Assembly: GCA_964188305.1 (NCBI GenBank)
Contig: OZ076899.1
Origin: Podarcis bocagei
Taxonomy: Eukaryota
Reading direction: 5' to 3' (one strand)
Length of the DNA stretch: 64,000 nt
Part shown: piece by piece, positions 14,742 through 32,517 of the stretch
Layout: the number at the start of each line of letters is the position of its first letter
Position numbering within the stretch: position 1 is the first letter of the stretch
The notes under the pieces: generated by a model
Database searches by the model: none
What the model was told of the DNA's origin: nothing
What the model saw: the letters and a program-made list of their open reading frames with translations, nothing else
Made by a program: the position numbers and the translations under genes

Positions 14742-17700
14742 ATGGGGCGGAAGCGGCAGCAGCAGCAGCAACGGCGGCAGCGGCAGCCCCGGCCGGGACC
14801 CCCTCTCGAGGCCTTCGCGGAGGCGGAGGATGAGGAAGGCCCCGGCGGCGACTCCGGCCCCATCTCGGGCGGGGACCCGCTCCGCGGCCACTCTTCCTCC
14901 TCCCCCGTCAAGGGCGCGGCGGCGGGGTCGTCGTCGGCCGAGCCGGAGCCGGGTAGCGGCAGCGTCCGGGGATGCGGCGAGGTCCGGGCCTCGCCTTCTC
15001 CCCCGCTGGCCATGTGGGACTTGGGCCACTGCGACCCGCGGCGCTGCACGGGGCGGCGGCTGGCGAGGAAGGGGCTGGTGCGGACGCTGCGCCTGGGGCA
15101 GCGCTTCGGAGGCGTCATCCTCAGCCCCGCCGCCACCCGCTTCGTCTCCCCCGCAGACAGGTGAGCGGGGCCGGCGGAGCTAGGAAGGTGTTAGAAGGAA
15201 AATCTGCTCCCTTTTCCCTTATGGGGTATCCAAGAGCCCGTATAGAGTCCTTATGTAGGTTCTCTATCGGTAGGAGAAAATAACAGAGAATATTGAGAAG
15301 CAAAGCAGCTAGTAAGCCGGATCTTTATTGAACTGTTGCAACAGGGTGTTCACTCAACACATTCAGGAGCGAGGAGCAACCCAGAACATTTGTGTGCAAG
15401 CAGTTATATAGACTTTTGAAATAGCCTACCCTGTAGCTCAAGACCACCCCCCAAAACATCATACATACATCACAGAAAGAGGTGGTCCCCCGCAGAAATT
15501 TGTTGTGTGTGTTGCTTCTCTCCTGTCAGCCAGGATACCTGATAATGCTTTATATGATTGCCTTTTCTGGGTAGCCTGGCCATCCCTTTGAGATGGTAAA
15601 TACTTAGTTCCTGAATCTCTTACGCATATTGATAGTGTTAAAAGAAAATATGGAACATGTATTAATATCAATAAAGGTCAAGCCCTTACTTCCTTTTTAG
15701 ATACTTGCCAGATTGTATTTACAGGCATCTAGAGGAAAGGGGTAGGCAGCAAAGACAGGAGGAGGGTTTCTGCCCGTTTGAGGGGAAAAGGCAGGACCTT
15801 TCATCATGCTATACTATACTCAGGGCCACTCAACGGTAATGTTGGGCAGACAAAAGAAAGCAGCTCTTCACACAGCTGGTAATAAACTCTGGAATTTGCT
15901 CACTGAGAGGCAGTGATAGCCATCAACTTGAATGATTTTCACTGAGGATTAGACAGATTCATGACAAGCCTATCAGTGGCTTCTAGCCATAATTGTTTTG
16001 TTCTGTCTCTATTGCTGCCTCTGAATGAGTGCTGTGTTCATGCCCTGCTTGCAGGCTTCCCTCAGGCATCTGTAAGAACAGGCTGGTCCAGCTACAGGGC
16101 TGCTTTCTTCTTAGTGCTCATGTGTAGGGCCAGTATGTGGAGCCTGTAAGACTGATACTTCAGGGTTGAGGTGCGTTCCCAGCCAGTGTTCTTTTGGGGC
16201 TGTGTTCCAGTGGATGCTTCCACAAGCTAGTGAGCTGATGAAACTTCACACCTTAGGATCGATGTAACGTTGCTGAGTCCTTGGTTATTCAGATTTGTTC
16301 AGATTTGGCCACATCCAGTGTCTTCACATGAGAAGTCTGGCTTGGCGGTCTTGAGCAACTCACATCTGCTATCCTAACTGGATCCCAAAGCAGCTCCAGT
16401 GGGGCGAGAAACCAGCAACATCCTGGTTTGAAATTGCTGTTGCTGTGTTTTTAGACAGATTGTGGCTCAGAATGGAATTGCGGTGATTGACTGCTCTTGG
16501 GCAAAGCTGGATGAGACGCCATTTGCCAAGATGAAGGGAAGCCATCTCCGCCTGCTGCCCTTTCTGGTGGCTGCAAATCCAGTGAACTACGGCCGGCCAT
16601 GCAAACTCTCCTGTGTGGAAGCATTTGCAGCTACTTTCTACATTGTGGGTGAGGCTGGAAGAAAAGCTTGTAGGTCTAATTCTTTGCTGTAAAGTGGACT
16701 GTATGAATACATGCCTGTGTGCAGCCACGCCTTAGTGTCAAACATATTTCCTTGATGACTGGGACAAGTTTGAAAATGTTCTGTGGGTCTGTGGGATCTG
16801 CTGAGGAATCTGGGGTCTGTTCTCTCCACATTCCCTCCCTTCTTTTGAGCACTGCTATAGGCTTACAGCAAGGTGTATGCGAATGTACATATTGCTCAAT
16901 TACTTTTTAATAGGGACTTCTGTCTTTATTTTGAGCTACCTGCCTCTGTCCCAACTAACTGATTAATTGAAGAATGTGGCAAGATTTCTGAGTGATGCTA
17001 TAAAATTGTCACCATAGGTCTTAACGTACCTCACAATGTCTGGTCTGGACAGTTTTATCCTAAAGTACCTCTTAATATGTTTCATTAACTGTGTTGTATT
17101 TTGATCCATGTATACAATGCACTTTTTATGCCAATGAAGTCTGATAGATAGATACTGATAGATAGATAGATAGATAGATAAAAACTTACTTATTTCACAA
17201 TGTCACCAGCAACTAGGAGGTATGGGGCTGGACAGCTTCTTTACCTGCAAAGTACCTTGTAATTTTTTTTAAAATGCAGACTTTCTTGTCTTTATTTTAG
17301 GATTCTCTGATCTTGCCATAATCCTCTTACAAAAATTTAAATGGGGAAAAGTGTTCCTTGATTTGAATAAAGACCTCCTGGAGAAATATGCAGCCTGTAA
17401 TTGTGAAGAGGAAGTACTGAAAGTTGAACAAGAGTTTCTGGCTCATGCCCAAGAAAAAGAAAAAGAAGAAATAGGTAAGAACCTACTGACTTTTACTTCT
17501 GAGGACCTTTGAGTCTTCTTAAACAATGCCTTGATATTGCCCTTGTCTACCCTGCACCTCCATGGTCAGGAAATCAAGTGGTGCTCAGTCAGAAAGCTGC
17601 TCCATTCTTCTGGGATGAACATATGGGATCAGTCAGCCACATAACTTGGGTGCCCCCTAGGAGCGTGGGGAATCCCCAGCATAGAACTATACTACATCAC

Positions 17701-19064
17701 CAACCAAGTGTCCCACATAATTCCATACATTCTAGAAGACAAGACAAAATGAGTACACCTGGAGAGAGACATAATTGAAAATACCTCCACCACAGCTTAC
17801 CCATTCCTCCCCCAAAAACTAAGGAAAATCCCCACCACACTAAACAGGTTCACACAGACCATGCTTAAAGCATGGAAGGAAGAAGCAGGTAAACTGTCCT
17901 CAACCCCATCCCCACTAATCCCCCTGGCACACCACCCCACTATTGCACCACGCAGCACAAAACCTCTAGATAAAAACCTGGCAAGCCAAAGGCTTATACC
18001 GCCTAGCAGACTTCTACAAAAATAACAAACCCATATCAACACAAGAAATACAAGACAAACTAGGGGACACTGAAATGCCCTGGGCTAACACACCACCAAG
18101 TACATGCCCTTTTAAAGAATCCAGTAGTAAAATGAGCAGCGACTGGGCCCTTGACAACCTTCAAAAACCTCCTCCTAACAACAAAGGGCTGGTATCTACA
18201 AAATACTGCTCCAAAATCCCACAAACCCCCTCAATGTAATCAGAAAACAATGGTTCAACATTTGTTGTTGGAAAAGTGAAATTCAAGTATTAAATCACCT
18301 CAACTCAACATTTAGAGCTTTGTCATGGCAACACTAACACCTTGAGTTAGGCCTAATAGCTCACTGTCAGCCAGTGATACTGGTTTCCTTGATGCAGTAA
18401 TTATTGTCAATATAGACGAAAGTCTCTGCCCATCTCCCCTGCCTTCAATGACTACACCAGCTGGACTAACAAACCAACCCCACACTCCCAAATTATCTAC
18501 CATCAACTGCCTGTGGCAATTATTATTGGCATTGTACTGGTAAATTATTGCATATTGATTTTACTTTTAAGTCATCTTGGAATGATTTGCATTCTGAAAG
18601 ATGGGATGTAACTGCATACATATTGTTCTAGAGAAGAAGAAAAAACTTGGAACAATAGCTTACCATTCTGCTTTTTTCTCTCCACAGACCCCTTTGATAT
18701 AGACTCTGGAAAAGAATTTTTTAATCCCAACAGGCCTGCCAGAATTTCAGGGTAAGAGTTTCAGGTTTGCAGTCCTAAACCCACCAGGGAACAAGTCCAT
18801 TGAATTTAGTGGGGCTTACTTCTGAGTTGACATAGCAGTAGTGTCTCATTTTCCTTTTCCTTCTTGGTTTGTATTACACTGATCTCTATTCATAGAATAA
18901 CTGCTGGTGATGAAAGTTCCGATGAAGAAACATCTGATGAGGATGATGATGAGGATGATGCTGGAAAGAGTAGCAGCTCAGAGGACCTGAATGCAACATG
19001 TGCTGCACACAGCAAGCCAGCTGTGTGGGAGAAAACTAAAAACAAACCAAGGTTCCAATCCTGA
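14742..19064 (+). CDS. TSR3: 18S rRNA aminocarboxypropyltransferase TSR3, complete, 5 coding exons
   Basis: Exons 14742-15160, 16455-16648, 17301-17474, 18688-18751, 18896-19064. Motifs [71 protein letters not shown], acidic tail. Confidence 0.95.
15254..15720 (-). mobile_element. Possible solo LTR in TSR3 intron 1 (ends uncertain)
   Basis: Minus-strand CTATATAA (15411-15404) followed by AATAAA (15329-15324) with LTR-like spacing; no convincing TSD found. Confidence 0.35.
15830..16120 (+). mobile_element. CR1-like LINE fragment
   Basis: TTCACACAG..AACTCTGGAATTTGCT..GATTAGACAGATTCATG; similar fragment at 43115-43460. Confidence 0.5.
17145..17180. repeat. (GATA)n microsatellite, interrupted
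   Basis: Directly visible. Confidence 0.9.
17600..18520 (+). mobile_element. Degenerate L1/Tx1-like LINE fragment
   Basis: Strong A/C strand skew and decayed ORF2-like composition; no intact ORF. Confidence 0.35.
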
Positions 19065-19140
19065 GCATTCTTACAAGGAAGTAAGTCCCATTGAACTCAG
19101 TGATGGGGTTTGCTTTTAAATAAAGCCTGTCTAGGATTGG
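19055..19140. mobile_element. Short palindromic MITE-like repeat overlapping the TSR3 stop codon
   Basis: Ends CCAATCCT...AGGATTGG with central AAGTAAGTCCCATTGAACTCAGT; related copies near 18770-18835, 46660-46715 and 50455-50545. Confidence 0.65.
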
Positions 19141-20278
19141 GCTTGACTGCACTCTGCTCTGGTGACCCCAGTGGGTTAAGAATATATACAAAGTTGGTTG
19201 AGAACCTTCTGTCGATAGCAGTCCCCACTTACTGCTAGCAAATGGGGCCTCACCGTCTCTCTTCTGTTGTAGTGGCCATATGCTGCAACTGTGGCACGCT
19301 TTTAAATCACCATTTCAGCTAGTTTCTACTAGTAGACTATGTTGTGATGTTGGAAGGAAATAAACTGGGAGAGGTTCACTGAAAGTAACGCCTCCACCTC
19401 TCAATTCAGTACCTCTCCTGATACCCAAGAGAGGCTGTGGCCTGGTGGCTGGGAATGCAGATGCTGAATGAGAAGCTCCAGCTGAGATGGGCAGGCACCC
19501 TGACCCTTATACTGCTGAGGGTGAAGAACACAAGGGACTACCTTGCTGGAGCAAGGCCGGACTCCACACCCACACCCACACCCCTCCAGTGTAGCTTTCA
19601 ACAGTGGCTAATGAGCTGCCTCTGGGGGATCAGATGGTAGCAAAACAAAGGTGGCTGAAATTGCAGTGTTACAAAAGCACCCCAAGCTCATTGCAGCATT
19701 TAACCTGTGTCACTTGTGCCTTGATACAAAAAAAAATTCCTCACTTTGCAGGCAAGAGGAAAGATGAAACTGCACTCTAAGCTTCCTTAGGTCACCAGTG
19801 GGGTGTGGGACAGTAGCCAATGAGAATGTCACCAGGATAATGAAGCTACTGGGTCTGAAACATGCATTTTCAACCTCTATTGTCCGGCTAAAAGGATGCT
19901 TTGATGTGAAGGAAGGAAATCCTTATATTGGCAATGTTGAAAAGCCTACCCCTGCCCCCAACATGTATATTCATGGGAGTGGAATAAACACTAATGTACC
20001 AAACTTTGGTTAGTTGTCCTTTCATCCTATTAAGCCAAGCAGCCAAATGATGCGCTATTGTATTTTGGATGCTTGAATACAGCAGTATGGTCACATGGAA
20101 CTAACTACCGGTGGCTTTTCAAGATCTCACACAGATTTTTTTTTAACTCCTGCTGCCTGGAATGACCATGGCATGATATCTCTCCCAAAGCTATTGAATG
20201 CCTGCAAGAGAGGTCACTCCAAAAGTGACAAGTATATTAAAGGAAGAAAGTGAGACAAAAAAGCTTTATAGAAACAAG

Positions 20279-20284
20279 TTTATT
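20279..20284 (-). terminator. Candidate UBE2I poly(A) signal
   Basis: TTTATT on + strand at the end of a U-rich 3' UTR about 560 nt past the stop. Confidence 0.55.
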
Positions 20285-20846
20285 TACTCTAAACAGCAAC
20301 ACAGACAAAACGCCATAAACACAAAGGAAGTGATGCAGAATCAAGATGCTGGCTGACTTTGGATCTGGAGGCTTTTAAGCAACAACAACCTAATTTATTA
20401 TTGGTAGAAATCAAAAAAGGGGGTGGAGGGCATGTTTTTTTCTTTTCTTCTTACAGCCAAGTAGAGGCAAAATATACTTCTAAACAGTTTAAAGCATGCC
20501 TGCATCAGAAAGCAAAGAAACTAGAGATACTAGTGAATTTATAGAAGTATAAAAGTTTATAGTTTTACAGCAGTTGAAATACTGACATCAATATTAAAAT
20601 AAAAGCAAGTTTTACATAACAATCAAAAATACAAAAGACTGAAGGAAGAGACCCTGTATGAAAAAACGGGGGGCAATTCAGCAAATTTAGAACTGTATAC
20701 AAGTGGCGAATATGGAAAATGGCACACATACAATCCCCTCCCCTAAGTGACTATTAATTGTACATAGTGACAATAGATTTGCAAAAGTTTTGTAAACAAG
20801 TTCTTGCCAATTAATCCCTTCCTTTAAGATGCTGGATGACAGGAGC

Positions 20847-25809
<4,963 letters not shown>

Positions 25810-25869
25810 ATTCAAGGTCCTTCTGCAAGACAAAACAGATGCCAGTCAGGGCAGCTGAAGTTTTCCGCA

Positions 25870-27150
25870 TCGCCGCCACCTAATGGGCCGCAAAAAACCG
25901 TCTTGGGGCGACTTTGCTACCGCAGCCCCGGAAACTGTCAGCTTTCCCGACGAGGCGGGAGAGGGAGGGGGAAGAGAAAGAAGGATCCCAGGACCCTGAG
26001 CCTCTCCCCCCTTCCCCGGGCGCTGCTGCTTCCCGCAGGCCGCCGCCTCCTCCCTCCCCAAGTCCAGCAACCGGGCGGGCGGGGGGAGGAGGTCGGAGAA
26101 GTACCGCGGCCTAGGAGTCCCGTGCGAGCCCTAGGAGCACCGCCGCCGCCGCAGGAAGGCCCGGCCCGGCCCCGGAGCAACCAGCCCCGCCTCGGCGGAA
26201 CCCGGCTATGGGCCCGGCCCGGCCTTCTCCTCGCCCCGGAGGCGGAGCGCGAGCAGCCAGGCCTGACCTTGAGGGACCAGCGGGAGCCCCGGGAGGAGGC
26301 CGAGAAGGCGGCCGCTCCGCGGGCTGAGAGGCCTTCGCCGCGCGTTTCCCTCTCCGCCTCAGGGCTGCCTCTAGGCCCAGTCCGCCGCCGCCGCCTCCTC
26401 CGCTTCCCGCTCCTGCCCGCGGCCTCTTCCTAGGCGTCCTCCCGCCAAAGGCCTCACCGTGTAGCGGCCGCAGCAGCAGCTCCCGCGCGTGTCCCGGATT
26501 CAGGCGACGGCGGCGGCGGCGAATGACCCGGATGTTCCCTACTCGCCTCCCCCCCTTTTGTCTCAAGCCTGGACTTTCCCTCGCAGGAAGCGGAGCGCGT
26601 CGGCGCAGCCTGTCCCTCGGCGCGACCCGTCCGCCAAACGGCGCCTGCGCGGTGCGCGCGCACTTCAGCGCCACAGCCAGGCCTGGAAGCTCAGAGCGGG
26701 CAGACTCTGCGCGGGTAGAGAAGTAGGTTCCGCCCAGGGGCGGAGCAAATTCCCCGCCAATCCACGGAGCTGGGCAACCGGCGATCCCACCTCTGGGGGT
26801 GGGGCTGGTTGCCATGATGACGGGAGTCGCTCTGAGAACCCGGATGGGGCTCGACTGCCCCTCCCCTTCCTCCCCATTGGATCTTGGCTGGGAAGCTCCG
26901 CCCCCACCGTGGGCCACACGTGGAGAACACCGGGGAAATCCTGCCAGATGGGGGAGGATAATAATAAAATATGTAATAAATGTAGTAGAAGTAATGCTGC
27001 GAGGCCAAGATGCGACCCTCCCTGCGCGAGCAGAGCCGAAGAACGGCGGGTGGGTTGGCTGGAGCAGCGAGGTTGGAAGCCGAACTCCAGCTGCGCCCTG
27101 AAGAGGCTGGGACACCGCTCCGACACCGCCCTGCAAGCGCAGCCCCAGAA
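25870..27150 (-). promoter_or_regulatory. UBE2I CpG island promoter and probable non-coding exon 1 (donor after 26458)
   Basis: Very high GC/CpG; GC boxes and GGAA motifs; minus-strand ...GCTGCGGCCGCTACACG|GTGAGG donor upstream of the ATG exon. Confidence 0.7.
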
Positions 27151-29256
27151 ACCAAGACCCACAACGGCAGCTTTGTTAGAAAGGAGACGTTTATTTCATG
27201 CACTTTACAAGGAGCGAGTGTAACGAAACTTTTCTTTAAAACATCCACACATATCAGTAATATATTTGTTCCAGAAGTGACACATCCACCTGAAAACGAA
27301 CTAGAGATGCCTCGAAAGGGACTCCTCTAAGAAATCTTTCATTTTGTTCTGCTCACAGCCAGGCCAAAAGTACAGAGGTGGGGAAGGGTGCAATGCCAGG
27401 TGTCAAACTGCTGCAAAAAGTACTCTTCAAAGATAAAGAACTGGTGCAAAAAAGAACTATTGCTAATCCACTGTCTGGAAGATAAAAATGATGTCACTGC
27501 TTCCCCCACCTTGGCAGAAAGCAAACAGGTGGGGTGTGGGGGGGAGGCACAGGGAGAGCCTAATTTCAAACCAGCCTCTCCTCATCAGTGTTTTAAAGGG
27601 TCAACCTTTCCAGAGCACAGAGGAAGGCAGTGTGATGATCTCACCTCTCCTGTTGGTTGGTCTACCTGGGAAGTTTTAATGTAGGAAGAACCCTCCTGGA
27701 TCAGACCAAAAGGCAACCAAGTGCCCTTCCTGGGAAGCCCACTCATACTGCTGTATTCAAAAGCACAGGAGTGCCTCTGCTCATGGATGCACTACACAGC
27801 CCCCCCGACTAGTAAGTAGCAATAATTCTAGGTTTGTAGTTAAGTTTTAAAAAGTAAAGCATGCATCAAGTATTCGGATTTGCTTCCTGTCCAGGTGCAC
27901 AGAAAATCTAGTCCTTTGTAAGCACAGTGAAAATGCTGCCTTTGATAAACTTGGCCCCAAGCAATGACCTGTTTTCTACCCTATGGAAGGACAGAAAACA
28001 CACTTTTCCACACATGACAATTCAGTTTTGTAAATGATGGAATGTTCACAAGCAAATGCATCTTCTTGATTAGGGCCCCACTGAAATGCAAGCAAACTTT
28101 CATTAACTTGCATTCAAGTTCTGTGGAAAGGCCAGCGCTTGACATTCCTACTACATGACAATTAAAGCCAGGTAGCCCTTTCAGCCCTTGTTTTTGGAGC
28201 AAGTTGTCACAAAGCTTGAGGCACCCATGTTTCCCTAAGTAAATGCATTACCAACATCTTAAACGGCAGCTCTAAAGCCGGATTCAGAGATGGCCAAGAT
28301 AGTGAAGGAGCACTGAATAAGCAAAGAACCACTTCCAGGCTTGTTTCAAATCCATTTTCTGTTTGCAAGCAGGTAAAGTAGCCTAGGCTGTGAAAAATAT
28401 CTCAGTTCAGCAACAGCACTAAAAATGGAATTTGAAGGAAGGTCCAAGAAGTAGACAAAGACTGAACTTGGACTACAGCCTTTCAAAGGAACTCCACTTC
28501 TCCTTGAATTGAGGTATTAACTCACATGCAGGGAACTATTGGTTTTAAGCCAGAGGGAGTCCATGCATCTCTTTCTAATGCCATACCAGTCCTACCCTCT
28601 GACGGTGACTGATTTTGGCTGTCTGCAAGGGAACCCCTACACACAAGTAGCAATTGCACAGAATGCCTGATGGTGTGGATGTCCTATGTGTGAGCATAGT
28701 TTGGCCCTAGTCCTATATTAGTGCGCAAGATCATTTGCTCCAGAGACCAGCATACTAGCAGAAAGAACCTTGCGATGAAACAGAGGCAACAGCTGCCACT
28801 CCTGGGGTAGGAGAGCATGTGAATGTTTGGCAACACTCAACTTTGTTAAGTGGCAGCTCTGACAGTGAGAAAGGAGTGTTCTCTCTCCCACCCTCTACAA
28901 GGACACAGCAGGCCTTGGGCCGATCTCTCCTCTTGCGACAAAAGCAATTTTCTCTACTCATTCTACCCACCTTTTACTAAAATATGTGAGAGTCAGGGAA
29001 TGGCAGCATCCGGGTGTCAGGCCATGGTTGTATGTGTGCCTCTAAACTTATCTTTCTTGCAGGGGAAAGTGTCTGAGATGGGACATATTTCTTCCAGACT
29101 AAATGACAGCTTATGGCAGCAAGGGATGGGACAGACAAGACAGAAGGTTGCATGGCTAAATGAGCACAGATGTAACTGAAGCATCTATTTTGTTGTCAGG
29201 CATCATTGCAGGGCCTCTTGCGCCTTGAGAGTCAATTATCTCTTGGGGGGGGGGGC

Positions 29257-29502
29257 AGAAGAAGAAGAGTTTGGATTTGATATCCCGACTTTCACTCCCC
29301 TTCAGGAGTCTCAAAGCGGCTAACAATCTCCTTTCCCTTCCTCCCCCACAACAAACACTCTGTGAGGTGAGTGGGGCTGAGAGACTTCAAAGAAGTGTGA
29401 CTGGCCCAAGGTCACCCAGCAGCTGCATGTGGAGGAGCGGAGACGCGAAGCCGGTTCCCCAGATTACGAGACTACTGCTCTTAACCACTACACCACACTG
29501 GC
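29257..29502 (-). mobile_element. tRNA-derived squamate SINE (Squam3-like), full length
   Basis: Minus strand GCCAGTGTGGTGTAGTGGTTAAGAGC (A box), B-box-like region, CORE-like GTGACCTTGGGCCAGTCAC, (CTT)n tail. Confidence 0.85.
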
Positions 29503-32500
29503 AGGCCTTCAAGCCCCTTGTTTACATGAGAAACTTCACATTTGCTCTCCCCACCCCCTTTTTAAATAAATAATTGACATTTCTTTTAAAAAACTGAGTA
29601 AAATGAAGGCAAAGCTGAGGCTAAACTACAGCTGAGCAGTGAAACAAAAGTTGTCTGTGTCCACTTTAGTATTTCAGAGTCCAGAGACAGGAGGGCCCCA
29701 CAGGCAATGGGAAAGTTTGCCTTTTTAAGCTGCTGAAATCTATCCAGTTCTCCAAGGGGGGGATGTAATTTGCATAATGCATAGAGACACTAACCCACTG
29801 AAGTGAGGAAAGTGGCAAGTGGCTGAAAGGAGCACCTGTTCTCTCCCCTTAAAGAACGTGAGCAAAGAAGCAGAAGGCACCTGGCTAGCCCTTTACCTGC
29901 TGTCCTCTACACTTCATGGTATAGGGTTTTTGGTACAATCTAAAATTTGTACCAAAGAAAGTGATCTTCTGCAGTGCCAATTTAAATACTTCCCCTAATT
30001 TTTAAAAGATACCTGGCTTCCAAGTTTCAGGAGCCTACAGACAAGTAACAAAGGGAAAAGGAGAGAATAAAAGGCCTGAGGTGGCAGTTCTGGGAGACAG
30101 AAGTAGAGCCACAAAGGATAGAAAAGCCCAGTCCGGCACCCACTTGCTTTCTGAGCTCTCCTCACACTGCCTACATTACCCATCACAAGGGCAAGAAACC
30201 TGGATTTTTTCTTAAGCCAACAATGGAAGCTGAGGTTCTCAACATGCTAAGCTTTATACCACAGACCACATTCCACAATCATGAAGAATACAAAAAGATT
30301 CCACACTTGCAAGGTTAAATCCTAGGATGCAACTTAAATTTCATACTGTTCAACATGCTAAAACTTTTTCTGCGTTCAGTAAGAAGCCAAACCAATGCAG
30401 AGAGAAAACCTTGCCTGCAGCCAAAATCATCACCCTGACAGATGCTGGCTTCAGCCCCTTCCAAAGTGTCTCCTGATGCTTTCTGGCTTTAAAGTCAGAG
30501 GGGGAACAGGAGGAACATCAAAAATCCCCTCCTCCAAGGACATAAGGGGACAGTGGCAGCAAGGTGGGAAATCCCACCCCAAAGCAGCAAACACGTTCAC
30601 TGGCCACTTGATGGACAGAGTGGCTGCTTCTGTGCTCCACCTCCTTCCACTCACCATGTTTTGCTGCTGCCCCCTCTCAAGCCTGAAATTTGTGTCAGTC
30701 AAATCCTTTGCTACTTACAGCAAAAACATTCAAAGGCAGTTTCTGGACAGGCATGTGCACCACCTTTAAGGAAAGGCTGTTTGGAGATGGAGGCCTTTCA
30801 AGTCAGTCACTCAGGCTGCCCTGGCAGAATGCGTCACAGTAACGGTGGGGCCTGAAGGAGAACAAGGCCTGTTCAGCCAATTCAAGAGCCATCTTTGCAT
30901 CTGCATATATGTGTGTGTGCAGACACACTCGCAGTAACATTTCTTTCTACGTACATGAAATGTGATCTCTTAGCACATTGGCGTTCGCTTTACGGTAATC
31001 AAACACAGATGCCTAAAAAAGTATAAAAGTAGAAACATTTCACCCTTCAGAAGAATTACATTTTAGTAAATTCATTTCAATGCTAATATCTTAAAAAAGA
31101 CAAACGGATTACTCAATGTTGAGGAGGGCCTTGCAACTTTCTGTGCAGACCAGTCTCCATGGCAAAAGACAAATGGCCCACTTGCTGATCTACTGGGCAG
31201 AAAAGGTTTGCCAAAAACCAGATCAAAAATGCAGGCAGACAAGGGATGCTTCAAGATTGTGAGGACTCCACACATCTGAATGGAAAAGGAAGGGGTGTGT
31301 ATACACACAGCTTCTGTGAGTTGCTTAATGAAAGTTAAAATATAGGTAGCATGTTAAGAGAGCCTCAGACAAGCAAGGGCTCCTCTCTGTGCTCTATGAA
31401 GCAGAGAGATCTGTATATACTCTTTTAAACCTATTTTCAAAAGACATGCTAATGGTTTCATTTAAACACAGTACACTAAAAAGCTCCAGTTGTGTTTCTT
31501 CACATTTACCACAAGCCTCTCTCAATGAAACCACAAGTGTTATTGACAGTACTTGCCAAACATCAGAAGGAACTGCATAGATAAGAGAATGTAGAAATGA
31601 CTGTAAACATCTGTTAAAGAATCACAATAATTCCTGCCTTCAGCTGCACAAACTCTGATGCTTTTGAGCACAGAGATTCTCATTCCCAGCCTTCATGATG
31701 GAGCACCCATGAAGACTCAACCCCCATGTCTACCTTCAGTGCTGTGAGTCCACGGGGGTAGCAATACTTGCAGGCATTTCTAAAAACGAAGAACGCAACT
31801 TTGGTGTGTGTGTGTTTTCGTGTGTGCACACATGTGTGCAAGGCAAGGTATTTGCCATATTATTTTTGTTTAACTGGGGCTTCAATCCTAAAGTATAGCT
31901 AAAATTGGAGGTTAACCTTTGCAGGAGCAAGTTACCTGGAGAGGAAGGCTTCCCTAGAGATGTGGGCAAAATAAGACCTTCTTCCCAAGAAGAGAATACC
32001 CTCTGGGTACTGAAGTAAGCAGGGTCAGGAGGGGGATGAAGATGCACCCCTCCCTTAGTCTGGGCTAGTGCATTCTTACAATAGATCCCCAAGGAATGTA
32101 CAGCAGCCGCCACAGTCAACTGGAGCTGCTTAAGGATGTGTGCCCACATGTGGGCTGTAATTTATTCATAGCACCAAGTATGTTGACCTTGAACTGCCTA
32201 CAATTATTAAAACCCAAATTGTTTCCCTACAAACAGCAAAGCATCGCTATATCTCTTCGGAAGGAAAGCATAGAGTGAAGTCAAATCTTCTTTCCATGGG
32301 ATTAAGATCAGCACAACCGGGCACCAGAGCCAACACAACCCCTCTTGCTGCTGAAGGCAGGCATCTGCAAGCAGCCAGCTCCAGCTGCAGCACCACCTTC
32401 AGGGTTCAAAATCCAGAACTACAGAAATGGTCTGAACAAGCGACATCCTCTTGGTGCCAAGCCTCTTCGTGTGGCAATGCAAAGGAAAACTTGTCAGCAT

Positions 32501-32517
32501 TCAATACTGGGGCACAG

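Noticed and set aside
25819-25825. NAGNAG acceptor (CAGAAG) at the UBE2I ATG exon
   Set aside because: Would change only 3 nt of 5'UTR.
26111-27223. Long ORFs (341, 244 aa and others) over the UBE2I promoter
   Set aside because: Stop-poor CpG-island DNA open in several frames on both strands; low-complexity R/P/G/A peptides with no recognisable domain.
29257-29502. tRNA gene
   Set aside because: A/B-box head continues into a SINE body and (CTT)n tail; no full cloverleaf.
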